Positions 11,466-25,737 of a stretch of DNA of 64,000 bases are shown here, piece after piece. Under the pieces are notes generated by a model that ran no database searches, was not told the DNA's origin, and saw nothing but the letters and a program-made list of their open reading frames with translations. Source of the DNA: Chrysomallon squamiferum (lineage: Eukaryota; Animalia; Mollusca); the NCBI GenBank assembly GCA_012295275.1, contig CM022679.1:23870001-23934000 (forward strand), written 5' to 3'. Position 1 is the stretch's first letter. Each line of letters begins with the position of its first letter. Made by a program: the position numbers and the translations under genes.

Positions 11466-14400
11466 ATGACAAACGGTGGTGGTCACCCTGTAATTCTAGC
11501 AACTGCAGGATATGACCATACAGTGAGATTTTGGGAAGCTCATACGGGAATTTGCCAGAGAACTGTGCAGCATCCCGATTCCGTATCTTTTCTTTTTTCA
11601 TTGGCCATACTTATTACTTACAAGTTACACTGTAACACTAGAATACTAATAGTAATACTAGTTTATGAGTATACAAACAATTTAAATCCATTAAACAACA
11701 AACTTAATACTGAAATAAAATTAATAAAACATGTTGTCAGTGTCAGTTTAAACGGTTTATTTTATTTGCCACAATTTGTTCTTATCCGGCATATAATGAT
11801 ATATGCGATCGGTGTCATAATCGTCCTACGTGAACTGTGGCGTACAGTAACAATCTGTTAGTGTTAATATAATAGTATTATATATCAGTAAAAATGTTAC
11901 ACTTTGTATTATGAAGTATATTCCTTAACTTTGATAGCAAGTGAATGCCTTGGCAATAACTCCAGACAAACAGCTGATAGCTGCAGCAGGTAATGTCAAT
12001 TTACTTAATAAAACGTTATATATATACATTATATTATTATTCAGTTTGTGTAGTGTGCATATATGGTAGGATATAACATTTTAATTTTTAATTGGATTAG
12101 TGAATTTTTTTGGCATGTGTACAGCACTATATGTCAGTATCTAGTTCAGCTGTGGAAAAAATACGAAGATGACATCATTTAACAGTTAATGATTAAGATT
12201 ATTTTTTGTAACTCGTAATTATAAATTTAAATGTCCATAATTTATTTATGCAAATTAAAAACCAAAAATATAAAATAATATTTCCTTATTTAAATAGCCC
12301 CTTTAAAGTGAAAGATAAAATAACTTATAATTTTATATCACCTAAAAATTATTATTCTAATGATTTGTTTTATTATATATTTTTTAAAATGACTTTTCCA
12401 GGATATCAGCATATTCGTATGTATGAAATAAACTCAAATAATCCCAATCCAGTGATTAACTATGATGGTATTTCTAAGAATGTCACTGCTGTTGGATTCC
12501 ACGAAGAAGGCAAATGGATGTATACAGGAGGTGAAGACTGCACTGCCAGAATATGGGACCTGAGGTATGGTGGTGACACATTGTCTGCATACTGACATGT
12601 ACACAGACACATACAAACACACACAGGCACATGCTGTTCATTGTAAAGATGACACACACACACACACACATGCATTCACATAAATCTTTATTGAACTAAG
12701 ATGTAATTACTTGTTATAATTAGTAAAATAATATTTCAAACTACTGTCCATAATCTTATTGTCATGTTCATTGCAATATTAAGAATATGTGAAATAATTA
12801 ATATTTTGTTCTTGTAATAATTTGACAAATTTAGTATAAAACTATGATGGAGCTGACATTTTTAATGTTATTTTCAGATCTCGAAATTTACAGTGTCAAA
12901 GAATATTTCAAGTAAATGCCCCAGTGAGCTGTGTTTTTATTCATCCTAATCAGGTTTGTGGCTTTTATGTAGTTACTTACATATCTATACACATACCTGT
13001 TTTATCATTCATTATTGTTTTGTGTATTACAAAAATCCAATTTAACATGGGGAAAATTTTAAAAAGATTATATGAAAAGTGTTATTTTTATTATTTTATT
13101 GTCTGTCAGTTTATAGGTTTGTATTAGTATGTTTTAATGATTGAAATGCTCTGAAGTGGATGTATCCAGTAATGATGAATCTACTTTACTTTCAAACTGA
13201 GAAATCTGTAGTCTTTTTAGCCTAATTGCTTTTTCACATACAGTGGTACCTTGACTTCCGAGTTCAATTTGTTCTGCGACCGAGCGCTTATATCAAATCA
13301 ATTTTCCCAACTGAAATTAACTGAAATACCATTAATCTGTTCCAGCCCCCAAAAACGACTCCTTCAGTTTCAGTATGGTACATATCGTAGAAGTACTACA
13401 CTTATACTGCTTAGTGAAGTCGACGATATGCACACCTTGCTCATGTTTTTGTGAATTCAAGCTTTAATTCAATGGACTTCATCCTCTTCTTCTTCTCAGC
13501 TCTGTCCTTTGCACTCACTTTCTTAGGATCCATGGCCAGAAAAGAAATTTGGCAAAATACTGCACAAAATGCGAGCCAACACAACAGAGATGCTTCCTCA
13601 GTGAGGTAACCACATGAAGTAAACAAGTGAGATGCGGGATGCTGGCTGGATGTTATGTTGTTCATTGCGCCAACATGAGGCCGTGTATTTGAAGCTTGCT
13701 TGTAACTCATATTTTGGCTCACCACTCAAAGCAAAAAAATCAACCTGGCAACTGCTAGTAACTTGAAAAACTCGTAAGTTGGGGCACTTGTAAGTTGAGG
13801 TACCACTGATTATGTCTTACTTCAGTTTCCTTCATTTGTTGAATTTTTCCTTTTTTTTCAAAGGGAGAATTGTTTGTGGGAGACCAGGGAGGTTCTATTC
13901 ATATCTGGGACTTAAAGACAGACAATAATGAACATTTTGTAAGTACTCATGGTTTCTTTTTCATTATTTATCAACTCTAACTTCTCATGCATAGTTTATC
14001 AAATCATTATTTGCTATAGATTAGTTGTTCCATTTTGTGGCTAGTTGTAATCTCCCAAAATATATGTTTTGCCTGAATTATCTGAAGTAGATTTAGCTAA
14101 TTATACATATTCAGTGAAGAAATAATGTATTAGAAAGCATATAACATTAGTTGTAACTGAAATTACAGTAATTTGTAAAAACGCTAATGTTACAGAGAAA
14201 AGCAAAATGTTCTTAAATTTAGAAAATGGTGTATATTATGTAATTCATATTTATTTTGAAATCTTACATTGTACAGATTCCTGAGCCAGATGCTGCTATA
14301 CAGTCGATAAGTATTGATCCAATGGGAACATTAATGGCAGCTGTGAATAACAAGGTAATTTTTGTTGCATATCATGTATTCATTTTTAAATTTGACATAA

Positions 14401-14905
14401 ATGGGTAATGCTAAAATAAGAAGGTGATCATTTAAGCATTTTCCAGAGGAAGTTAATCAACATGGATCTGTGGGCATTTGATTGATATCTATCTGTTGTA
14501 TTTGCAGTGTAGATTAATACTAGATACACTGAGTATGCATTTGATCATATTCAGTGATTTAAGTACACATTTCATGAAGTTTAAGTCATTTTAAATTTTA
14601 CGTTTCAGGGTAACTGCTACATTTGGACTCTTACTGGTGGTCGTGGCGACGAACCCACACAGCTTCATCCAAAAACAAAGTTCCAAGCTCATAATCGATA
14701 TGCTTTAAAGTGTCTATTCAGCCCAGATTCAACGTATGTAGAATTGATTCAGAATAACTTTTGTTTATTTGTTTTTGTCTTTTGTTAAACCTTTTGGCTT
14801 CTTAAACTGTTATGTGTTGCATGTAAAGATAAATCCTTGTTCGTAAAACATAAGTAGAGTGGATCATAATGATCGTACTGAACTGTTTGTTTGCTATCTC
14901 TCTCA

Positions 14906-14941
<36 letters not shown>

Positions 14942-15992
14942 AGCAAACAAACAGTTCAGTATAGTCAATATGATCCACTTTACTTATATATACACACACA
15001 AGCACACATACATGTGTTTATATATATACACATACATACATATATATATATAAATATTAATACATATAAAATTCATATTTAAAATAAACATAATGATAGG
15101 TTAGAACCTCTCTGTATAATTGAAATTACAATTTATGAAGAAAAAAAAAAACCCAGTTATGATCTAGGATGTCTTTGTAGATGCATTATCATTTCTAATT
15201 ATTTTGATACTGATGCTGTAAATAATGGGCATTTTATAATGAAATGTTTTTGTTTTTATGAAAAGATGAAGATCCATTATCTCACTGTGTATATATTATA
15301 GGCTGCTAGCAACAACATCTGCAGACACAACGTGTAGAATTTGGAGAACAACTGATCTAACTTTGTTGACAGAGTTGAAGGATAATCAACAGCGATGGGT
15401 GTGGGATTGTGCTTTCAGTGGAGACTCACAATATATTATTACAGGTAGTGATAATATAAAACCAGCAAGATAAAAAGGGAAAAAACTAATACCAGTAATT
15501 ATAGCAGGAATAATATAAAGAACTGAAAAAAGGATAAAATATTAGATTTTTTGACACACTCAACAGTGTGGCTAAATTTATTTGAAATTTCAATCATCAT
15601 TTCTAAATTAGGAGTGATTGAATTTATTTCAACTGTTGATAATTTCAAAAATTCTATTTAATGTTTTATAAATAATTCTGAATGTAGTTAGAGATCAAAT
15701 TTTATGACTGATTCATAACGTTAGAGTCTTAATTTATATAATATTTTTATGATTAATTCTGAATATAGATGATAATTAAATTATTGTTTTTATTTATGAC
15801 TATTTCCAAAAGTAGGTAAAAGTCTGTTTTAAATAAAGATTAGGAGTAAAATTTATTTTTTGCAATTCTCCAGCTTCTTCAGACCAGATGGCCAGATTGT
15901 GGAGTGTTGATAAAGGAGAAGTTCAGAGAGAATACAGTGGACATCAAAAAACAGTTGTTTGTCTGGCTTTCAGAGACGAGGTTGTTACATGA
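11466..15992 (+). CDS. MLST8: Target of rapamycin complex subunit LST8 (GbetaL), 9 coding exons, 315 aa
   Basis: Exons 11466-11582, 11938-11989, 12402-12564, 12878-12953, 13864-13938, 14277-14354, 14609-14733, 15302-15444, 15874-15992; 948 nt in frame. Motifs: [76 protein letters not shown]. Confidence 0.97.
11583..11937 (+). other. U12-type (minor spliceosome) GT-AG intron in MLST8
   Basis: 5' end GTATCTTTTC (U12 consensus GTATCCTT, 1 mismatch). Perfect U12 branch site TTCCTTAAC at 11921-11929, 8 nt before the end of the intron, with no polypyrimidine tract. Phase 0 between ...HPDS and QVNAL. Confidence 0.85.
13241..13808 (-). mobile_element. Non-autonomous Tigger/pogo (Tc1-mariner superfamily) deletion derivative in MLST8 intron 4
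   Basis: TIRs CAGTGGTACCTTGACTT / AAGTTGAGGTACCACTG, with TA at the left flank. The minus strand retains a transposase N-terminus ([24 protein letters not shown]...). Related to the copy at 40668-41341. Confidence 0.85.
14851..14986. mobile_element. Short hairpin/MITE-like element: 47-bp inverted arms around a (CT)(CA)n core, in MLST8 intron 7
   Basis: Left arm TAAGTAGAGTGGATCATAATGATCGTACTGAACTGTTTGTTTGCTAT (14851-14897) versus the reverse complement of 14940-14986, TAAGTAAAGTGGATCATATTGACTATACTGAACTGTTTGTTTGCTAT: 42/47 identical, TA at both ends. Confidence 0.75.
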
Positions 15993-18900
15993 TAAAAATT
16001 ATTATTAATAATAACATAATACAATACAAAGAATAACAGTGACATCAGTGAATGATGTGATGAATGAAATAGGAAATATACATATAAAAGTTACGTGGAT
16101 TTTGGAAACAGCAGGAAATTACTGAAATGGCTATTCTAAGGAGTGAATAATTATGATGAATTAAAATAAAAATTATGTATTGGTTATAATAATAAATTAT
16201 TTCCTTGGATATTTAAGTAAGGAGTAATTTTTTTATGATAAACATTTCAAAAATAATTGTATAATGTCAAAAGATAAAATTGCTAGATGAATTGTACTGA
16301 AGTTTTCTTTCATGCTGAAGAGAATTTGTAATTAACTTTTCATTATCTTGAAATATATATTATACTCAACAGTCTAAACAGACAGACAAAACTGCTTCAT
16401 TTCGGAGTCTTCATTAGTATCCAGTCTGAGTTTAGAATGAATCTGCTAAAAGTTACTTACTCTTTTAATGCAGTGTCATCTTGTTCACAGCAACATTGAT
16501 TTGCAGTTGGTTACATACGTTGAATTCATGATGAATTGGGTGAATGATTTAACAAAAACATTGCCGACTAATCAAGGAAGGTTGGAAAACAACATATTTT
16601 ACTGGAACTGGCAGCAGACAGTATTAACCTAATGGTTAAACAAACAATTCAGATAATGTCTGTGGTCACAGTATCTCCTCAAGATTTGCTGAAGATGATT
16701 GTTGTGCTAAACAACTAGTTCTTCAGTATTTACATGGGCATTCAGATGATCTGAAATGACATCAGGTCATTCACCTCATTTTCCTATAGTCAAAAATGCA
16801 CAATTTAAATGCCAGTGACAGTTGGACTAAGTCATACAGAACATTTTTGATGGTATTGATTTAGTCAGAAGTCTATCTCTTGTTGATGGGACCATGAAAG
16901 CATGGTTTACCACATAAATTGTTCCAGCTGTTTTTGTTCTTAATCAGAAAAATTTACACCACTTTTTAATTTGACAACATTTTTCCTTTGGTTATCTGCT
17001 ATATATTAACAATCACTAACATTATTCCAGTGTGTTTTTTAAATCTAGTAATCTCCACATCAATCACAATCATATCTAATGCATGTTAACTAATGCATGT
17101 TTGAGATAAATTGTGAGTGACATTAGTAATGTTTATAACTATGACTATGAGATACATTTGTCTGATTAAAAATAGGGAATTTGCAAAATAAAATTGTTTA
17201 TATAAAATTAAAAAAATGGAATAAAAATTTGTTGTGGTTTTGAAGACCCTTATCTTCTTTTAGTTTTATTGTTTTGTTTTAATGAATTTTGTTTGTTTTT
17301 TTAAATTTATTAGTATGTTTATTTGTGAATGGGTTATTGAAAACAATTTTTTGAAAAAGGAGTTATATTTGTTATTTTTGTTCTTGGAAACTTTTATTTT
17401 ATTTTTTTAAAACTGCTTGGTCTTAATTTATATTTTGTTTGTTAAATTACATGACAGTCTATTTAATAATAAAAATAAAAATAAAATGTTAAGAGATGAA
17501 TACATTTTTTATGTCATTATTCATATTTACAACAAATAGTTAACATTTTGAAAAATATGACGCTAAAAAGTACTGGTGTAATATAAAGCTAATACTAAAA
17601 AAGAAAAGCTAGAAAAGCAGTTTAGTTTTAAATTACATTGACAACATCTGTGGCATAATTTTGGAATAATGCCACATAATCCTATCCTTAAAGTGTACTT
17701 TCAAAACTAAAAATATCCTAAATGAAATTTGTATTTTCTCAATGTTTGCTGTATAGATCAATGTTTGCTAATAACAAAGTGTAGCAATAAAATAAAGTAC
17801 TTGTGAAAATGCATAAAGGATGAAATGTTTCTTTCCTATTATTTAAAAAAAAATAATGATAAAAACTTGAGCAAACAACAACAAAACCATTGGTACACTA
17901 AGTAAATCATTAATGCAGCTGAATCTTCAAAAAGATTTCTCTTAAATAAACAAAATAAACATAATTCACTCTCCTTGCAATTTCACAAAAAAATTTTCTG
18001 TATTTTATTGCTTTATTATTAGCAAAAAATGGTAGAAAACCATTTATTTTTGAAGTATATATAAAATATATTTAGGTTGTTTAGATTATGTTTAGATATC
18101 ACAAAGTGTTTTATTTAAGGCACATATAAACAAACAGTTTAAGTGAGGATTTCTTGGTAATTCAATTTTAAGTATATATAACTATAACAAATACTTAAAC
18201 TTAACAAGTTAACAGTTAAAGTAAGCATGCATGCACAAATAATCTAAAATATGTAATCCAGGCAGAAAAATTGTGATGCTGTGTTCATAGCTGGGTTACA
18301 GTTACACCTTTATTCACCATGAATATTTTTTTTAAAGAAAAAAGAATTGCTAATAACTGAAAATGACCATAGCATCTGAGGATTCTGTGGACTGCCATAA
18401 TGGTGTTGCATGTGTGTGAATATTCATATAAAATTATGACATTTCTCCTTCATTTGAATATCTAGTTCTGTTAATGGTCCCATTTTGAAATTATTTGATA
18501 GAAGAAAAATAATGTTTGATATCTCAAGATGTTCTGATTACATAATTATTAATTAATTCATTAATACACAATTTAGCCCCAAAAAAGACCATTAAAAAAA
18601 GAAAGAAAAGGAGATGACATTTGTTTCATTGCATTTATAGGCAATTTCAGTTTATGAATTTACATGATTGAAAATGAAATTGAAGAAAACATCTGTTTAG
18701 GTACTGTGTTTTAAAAATGTTTTAAGTAATGCTAAGCTTTAAATACTAGTGTCAAAACAAAACAATTACAAATTGTAGTTCACAGTTACATATTATTACA
18801 TATTAATAATTCAGAAATGTTTACCTCATAGTAAAAAAATAAAATAAAAAATAATAATAAAAAAAAACACCAAAAAGAAAAAGAAAAACCCCTTTCAAAT

Positions 18901-20555
18901 TTATGCATCAATTACCAGTTTCAAACAGAAAATTAGCAAATTCATAACTAAAAATAATTTTCAAATTTTGATATGCACTATCAGTAATAGAGTTATTATC
19001 ATTTGTCATTTACAAAGTAACAGCACTTTGTATCTCAACAATGTTTTGATGTGGTAGATATTATATTGTACTTTAAAACAGAACTTTTTCTTATAGACCA
19101 ATTTGAAAAGGGAAAAGCAATAATTAAAAAGATAAATAAATAAATAAAGATCTAAAAGAAGGTAAATAAAATGATACAAAGCACGTAAAGCAGGACTCAC
19201 TGTCATTGTAAACTGGATGCTGCTTATTGTTAACATGATCTAACTTTAAAATGCTAAAAAATAACAGTAAATGAAGCATGTTATAGTTATATGTTGGATG
19301 AAAATGTACAACAGATATCAATGTAAAGAATTATAAAATTTAGACTACTTTTGGTACAAGTGCCATGCATATTACTCAGTGTATTCAGTTATATATTATA
19401 TACAGACAAATAAACTAATGTTTATATTTAAACAATTAACAGTAAAATTTCAAAATATAATACACAAAATTTGACGATACACACCCATATCCCTATGTTA
19501 AAGAATTTTAAAAAAATTCTAGAAACTTGGGTAAATATATTCTGCATGCAAGAATTTTGCTATCCATCTGTATTAATTTTTTTTTTTTTTTAAATTTCAG
19601 AGAAATTGGAATTACAAATATGATACATGTCAACACATTTAAAATTTCATAATTATATGCAAAAATTATGGCTTGTTAAATTTACAGTTATTAAAATCTA
19701 TAATTTTTGTTTCTACTAAGATAATTTTCAGTCATTGAAAACTTCTAATATCTATATAATACATTTATTAAAAGAATATAGCTGTATATAATATTATAGA
19801 TTTATATTCAAGTATTATTTTTCTAACATATTACTTTCATGATTTATATAACATTTATACAAGATAATCAACTTAAACTAAATTTTAATAATTTATTAAC
19901 TGAAACAAAATAACCTCAAAAAAAACAGATATGTATGAATAATTAACAAATTGTGATAATTAAAATAATAAGAATACAGAGCACCATAACCTGCTTTTAA
20001 TATTACAAATTGCAAATATATATATGCATGATTATAACCTTATAGGAGTTTCAAGAAAACTTTATAAATATTATTTTTAAAATCCTAAGAAATAATAATT
20101 ATTAAATACTTGTTTTTATTAAATGTTGCAATTTGAGTTTTGAATTGGGAAAGAACTGTTATCCCTAAAAGTAATAACAGTTTAAATTCAAAACAGAAAT
20201 GATTTGTTATCAATTCTTGTAAGACTAAGAAATAATTTGTTGAAAAAAAAAAAAAAAAATCATAACAAAAAAAATTAAACAACAACAAAAAATACAAAAA
20301 CAGAAATATAACATAGTGTTGATAAAACAGATTTGAACTTAAAATGAGCTGAAACAAATTCCTTTATATTAGATATAACAATAAACAGAAAACAGAAAAA
20401 TTTAAATATAATTATAATAATTTAAAAAAAAAAAAAAAAAAAAATAAGAAATAAAAAATAAAAAATAAAAAATAAAATAAAAACATCAATTTATAAAATA
20501 AAAAATAAAAATATAATTAATTAGAGTTTTGAACTGGGAATGGAACATTATAATT

Positions 20556-22149
20556 TCAGCCGTAAATAGCACCACAGTTTGCACATCTCCTCTGCCTCAT
20601 TGCCAGGCAACACAGGATGCCGATGGGAAAGAATACGATGGCACAAAAAACACCGAGACATGTAAAATCATCTTCCAATACCCCAACCTGAAAAGAATTT
20701 TGAAAACTGAACAATTTATTTTTCATAAACTGATCCAACGTCAAATGCTATGTATTTGTCACAGATGCTAATGTGGCATATAACCAACAGAACAATGTAA
20801 GAACTGACTAACTTCTTTAAGCTGTGGTACACAGCATTTCACAAATGGTCTTAATTTAGGACAAAAGTGCAGAAAGAGACATGCATTGAATAATCATTCA
20901 TTTTATCTTTCATATAAAACAAAAATAAAAATATTAGTTGACTGAATGGCTGTCTCTCATTTGGTATATACCTAGCCGATGGACCAATTAATATTAGTGG
21001 AACAGTCACTAATGACAAAGTATTTTTTGTTTAATACAGGTACTAAATTCAATAATAATAAAACCCCAATATCTTTGGAAAATATTTTCTGGTAGACACA
21101 AATAAAAATCCAAATATATCTGATATTTGTATATCTGTACTTTATGTACTTCCATATTTAGTATATGAATATTTATATACTTGGTAGGTAAGTGCTAATA
21201 TTAATTTATATACATGTATTTATATATTTTACATACCAAACATCATCTCCATATGTTATGTGTATAGCTTTGATATGAATGACTTCATAAAAACTATTAT
21301 TATTTAGTTACTGTTTCTAGGAGTGCTAATAACACAGTCTGTGAAATGTGTTCTGGATGGTGTAACTTTGCCAAACAGATAACAGTTCAGGTTCTCTGTA
21401 TTAATAATAAAAGCTACTGTTATTATTTAAATGAATGTGTTGATCCAGAACATCACATCCCACACAACTGCCACATAGCATTTAAAATGTATTCCACTTA
21501 GCCTGCAACCATCAACCAATTCTTACCCTGAAATACATTATGATCAGTCACAGCTGTAACAACAAACACTTACCCTGCAAGCTGGACAGCCACCAACAAT
21601 CACAACATTCTGGGATGGTTGCACTGTCACATTGTATTGTTGATAACTAGGCTGACCAGGAACTGGATACCCAGGTTGTGGTTGTGGAGGTGGCATCTTT
21701 GATGGATCATATGGAGTGCCCTCTGGTGGGTAAGGAGCACCCGTGGGAGGTGGATAAGCTGAAATATAGAAATATTATTGTTTTTAGCATAATTCTGGTT
21801 TGGCTAAGGGTTGAATAACAATATTTCAATGATCTTGTTTGTTTATGTAAATCCAAATTACATTTAAGAATTTATTGATTTATAATGATTAACTAACTGC
21901 TTGTATAAACTCAGGTCAAAGTAATACTCATCCCTTAATCTGCTTGGTGCCATTGTTATTATTATAACTGTAACAATTTAAATAAGTATAAATAAGTTTT
22001 ACAAGTAACACCAAATGTAATGACATGTAATGAATCATATTAAAACATATGTTGGTGCTATTATTTAAAAAAAATATAAACTGTTTATATTATTATTATT
22101 ACTTACATTGTTGCTGCGGTAAGGGTGAGTAAGGAGGAGGGGCACTCAT
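20556..22149 (-). CDS. BRI3: Membrane protein BRI3 (brain protein I3), 3 coding exons, 119 aa
   Basis: Exons 22107-22149, 21574-21758, 20556-20687 (360 nt). MSAPPPYS... Pro/Tyr-rich N-terminus, then [55 protein letters not shown] probable non-coding first exon ends at donor 22518/22519. Confidence 0.93.
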
Positions 22150-22518
22150 TTTCAAAACAGTTCCTGACAATTTTTCTGAAAGATCATAAATATTTGTAAT
22201 AATTTATAACCTCTGACCTTTCTTGTTGAATGCTATTTTAAATATATAGTACGTACATGATACAATGATTTAATCAGACTGTCATGTTACACATTTCTTG
22301 TTCTTGACATGCCTTCAGTAAACCCAAGGCACAGAAAAGTAATAATCTTCAGTCATCGTCGTATCAATGTAAAGTTAAACCATAATTATTGATTTGATCA
22401 CATAACATAACAACAATTTTAAAAATAATATCAAATGATCTAGAATTAATAACAGCAAATTAATTACGTTTTTAAAAATTAAAAATAATAATGATAATTA
22501 AAAGCCATGCCAACTTAC

Positions 22519-22821
22519 TTTAATTACAGTTAACAAAAGTATTTTATGAAAACAACTATTAGTATTCTTCCGTCCTCGAAATAACACTAACGATCACCTG
22601 ACAACTCAAATGCGCATGAGTCAACTACACACAAACTTCCTGGTGTACAAAATCGAAAGTAGGTTATTATACCGTTTTCTGTAGCAAAGTTCAAAGGTAA
22701 CTGCTGTCAGTCTATTAACGATAGCTGGATAAATCGGTTCCATACCAAATCGTCCCGGTCAGTGAAATATTCAATATTTTTCTATCTTTGAAACTAATTC
22801 ATTCCACAATTATAGTCAGTT

Positions 22822-22880
<59 letters not shown>

Positions 22881-23120
22881 TTATATTAATTTATATAGTT
22901 CATAGCACAAGTGTGACAATAATAATAATAATAATAATGAAATATAATATTTTGTCAAACCCTTTTTAGAAGTGGCTTTCCTAAATATTTTGCTTTGATG
23001 TTTTATCATTAGTTCTATATACGCACATATAGATACATCCATACATACATACATACATACATATATATATATATAGATAGATAGATAGATAGATATATAT
23101 ATACAATAATACACACACAC

Positions 23121-23151
<31 letters not shown>

Positions 23152-24687
23152 CATACATACACACACAAATGTGTCAAATAAAACATCACGCAATATATAA
23201 GCGCAATTAAAAGCAGATAAATTGCTCTGGTCTATACTGGGGCAAATGTTTATGATGCATTTGATTTGGGTCCGATTATTAAACGAATTGCTGTAAAATG
23301 CCTTTCTGAAGCTGCAAATATTTATCTATTTTATTTTAAATTACATTTTAAAGCATTTTATTAACAATACGCAGATTAATAGAGGATGCTTATAATTAAC
23401 ATTTAATGAACACATAATTATGATTTCAAAGTAAGTTTTATACAGTTATATCATTTCCCAGAAATACAACATGAAGCTTCGCAGGGTTCTGGTACGACAA
23501 ATTTCTATTTCCTCATGGTCGAGATTGTGCAATATGAACGAAAGTTTGACGTGGTATTCACATGATAATCGAAGTCAAGATTTGCATTTGAAGTCTTGAC
23601 TAAAAAATTATTATTATTATTATTATTATTATTGATACAGATTGTTGGAACGATCACTATTCATTCATTAAAAAAAAAAAAAAAAAAAAATAAAATAAAA
23701 AAAAATAAAAAAAAAAAATAAATCAAAATAAAATAAAATAATAAATTACTTTTTAACAAACTTTTTATTCATATTATTTTTAAAATAATTAATGTTTTAT
23801 TTATGAATAGCTTCTACCTGTTAAGTAATTGATTTGTATTATCCATTAATATTATTTTTTTAGTCATATATATATATATATATATATTTCAACTGGCCAT
23901 ATCCACTGACTAAAAAGAAAAATACAAAATAATGGTGAAAAATATAAAATAGTTTTTGAAAAAATCTTCTTTTTGCTGTAATGTTACCGATTCATTTATA
24001 CCTCACTCTTTTTATTCAAAATTATTTATTAATATATTTATTCAGTTTATTTTAATTTTATTTTTATTAACCACAGGTCAATCAGCTCAAATTCCACAAA
24101 GACAAACCAAAGCAGTCTGCAGGATTTAGTTGTAAGTAAAACATTCAATAAAATCTGAAACATATCCAAATTAAATTAATTATAATATAAATCTGTGATT
24201 CATTGCTTATCTGAGGTATGATGGATTGAAGAATCCATTCTCCTCATTTTAGCTCTGATTTATATTGTGTTCTTACTGGTATTTCTCAGACTGTGGTGTG
24301 TTCTTACTGGTATTTCTCAGACTGTGGTGTGTGTTTCCTTGTGTCCTGGTGTTTGGCAGTATGCATATCAAATACCATTTATGTCTAATTAGTAACTAGC
24401 TCATAATTTGACAGAATTAAAATGTTATACATTATTAGATTTAATATAAAACATGATCATTAAAAACATTTTAATTCATTAACCCACAGAGATTCAGTAT
24501 GTAATATTCTGATCTCAGCCAAACACGGTATGGAATACGCTGTATACATATCGACTCTCCAAATGAAACGTTTTCCACAGCATAGTTTTTATCCAGAAAT
24601 GTATATCTGAAAGGGTTACTATCCATCATGTTCAATTATGTCTGTTCAAATATGACAACTATGTATTTCTCTGTTATTTTTTTTCAG
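22519..24687. promoter_or_regulatory. Divergent BRI3/TECPR1 promoter and 5' UTR region
   Basis: The genes diverge here. NRF1-like TGCGCATG (22611) and ETS-like ACTTCCTG (~22635) lie next to the presumed BRI3 first exon. There are CpG-containing patches to ~23570, a candidate TECPR1 UTR exon at 24077-24131 and an acceptor at 24687. Confidence 0.5.
24483..24615. mobile_element. Possible degenerate piggyBac-type MITE
   Basis: TTAA-CCCACAGAGATTCA...TGTATATCTGAAAGGG-TTAC: CCC/GGG termini with a TTAA-like TSD, but the TIR match is weak. Confidence 0.25.
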
Positions 24688-24735
24688 AACTGACTGCATT
24701 AAAAACTCATCTTGAAAGTCTAAATAAAGCAGATT

Positions 24736-25022
24736 ATGGGTAACTCTCGTCTTTGGTTGGTTAACACCAATGGCAATGTGTTCACCCTTTCAACCAATCA
24801 AAAATATCTACACCAGCTTGTTAAAACATACAGGGACGGTGTCAAATTAAAATGCATTGCTGCCCACAGCAATGGAGCATGGGGTATTGGCCACAATCAC
24901 AAAGTCTATGTGTTTGTTTATTCTTCTGAAGTTCCAATCAGAATCCAGGAGACAACCTATCAAAATCAAGTATGTATATACATGTGTGTATATATATCTA
25001 TATATCTATATATATATATATA

Positions 25023-25074
<52 letters not shown>

Positions 25075-25704
25075 TGGTAAATTATTTGTATATTTGTAAA
25101 ACTCATTTTGATTGCTGTGCTACATATCAACCATATTTGTTAAAAATAAATTTGTAAAATGCTTTTAGTTAGTCACAATAATGATAAAAGACAAATCTGT
25201 CAAATCAAATTTCATTTATGGTAAAGCTATGCTTAAAAATGATTAATATATTATTAATTAATATTTTTAATGTATTTTGTATTATTATTTTTTTTAATCT
25301 AAAGCTTTTTTTAAGTTGCTATGTTTTATCCAGATAAAGAACAAATTAAATGCTAAGAAAATTAAATTTGGTTAATTGATGTCTCTTTTAAATTTTGATT
25401 AATAGTAAGATAAATATTAGTTCAGTATTATATGTTGTTATTGTTATTTTGCTTTTGTGTTTAGGATATTAAGAAAATCAAATATATGTATAAAAGTGAT
25501 TTAAAAAAATATTTATATTTTATTTGACAGAAAGGTTTTATTGACTGAAATAATGTTACATTTCCAATTGTTTAACAATTACATTGTTTAAATTTCACAT
25601 GTTTAGATCTAAGAATATTAAAATGTCACACCTATTTAAAAAAATAAAATAAAATAAAAGATAAGTATTTGATTTAATTTGTTGAAAAATTTATAATCTA
25701 CATG

Positions 25705-25737
<33 letters not shown>

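Noticed and set aside
16370-16960. Less AT-rich block after the MLST8 stop
   Set aside because: Stops in the frames I translated and no recognisable motif; most simply 3' UTR or an old repeat.
24265-24332. ~32-bp perfect tandem duplication (similar short duplications at ~9829, ~52373 and ~63912)
   Set aside because: Ordinary local slippage duplications with no evidence of function.
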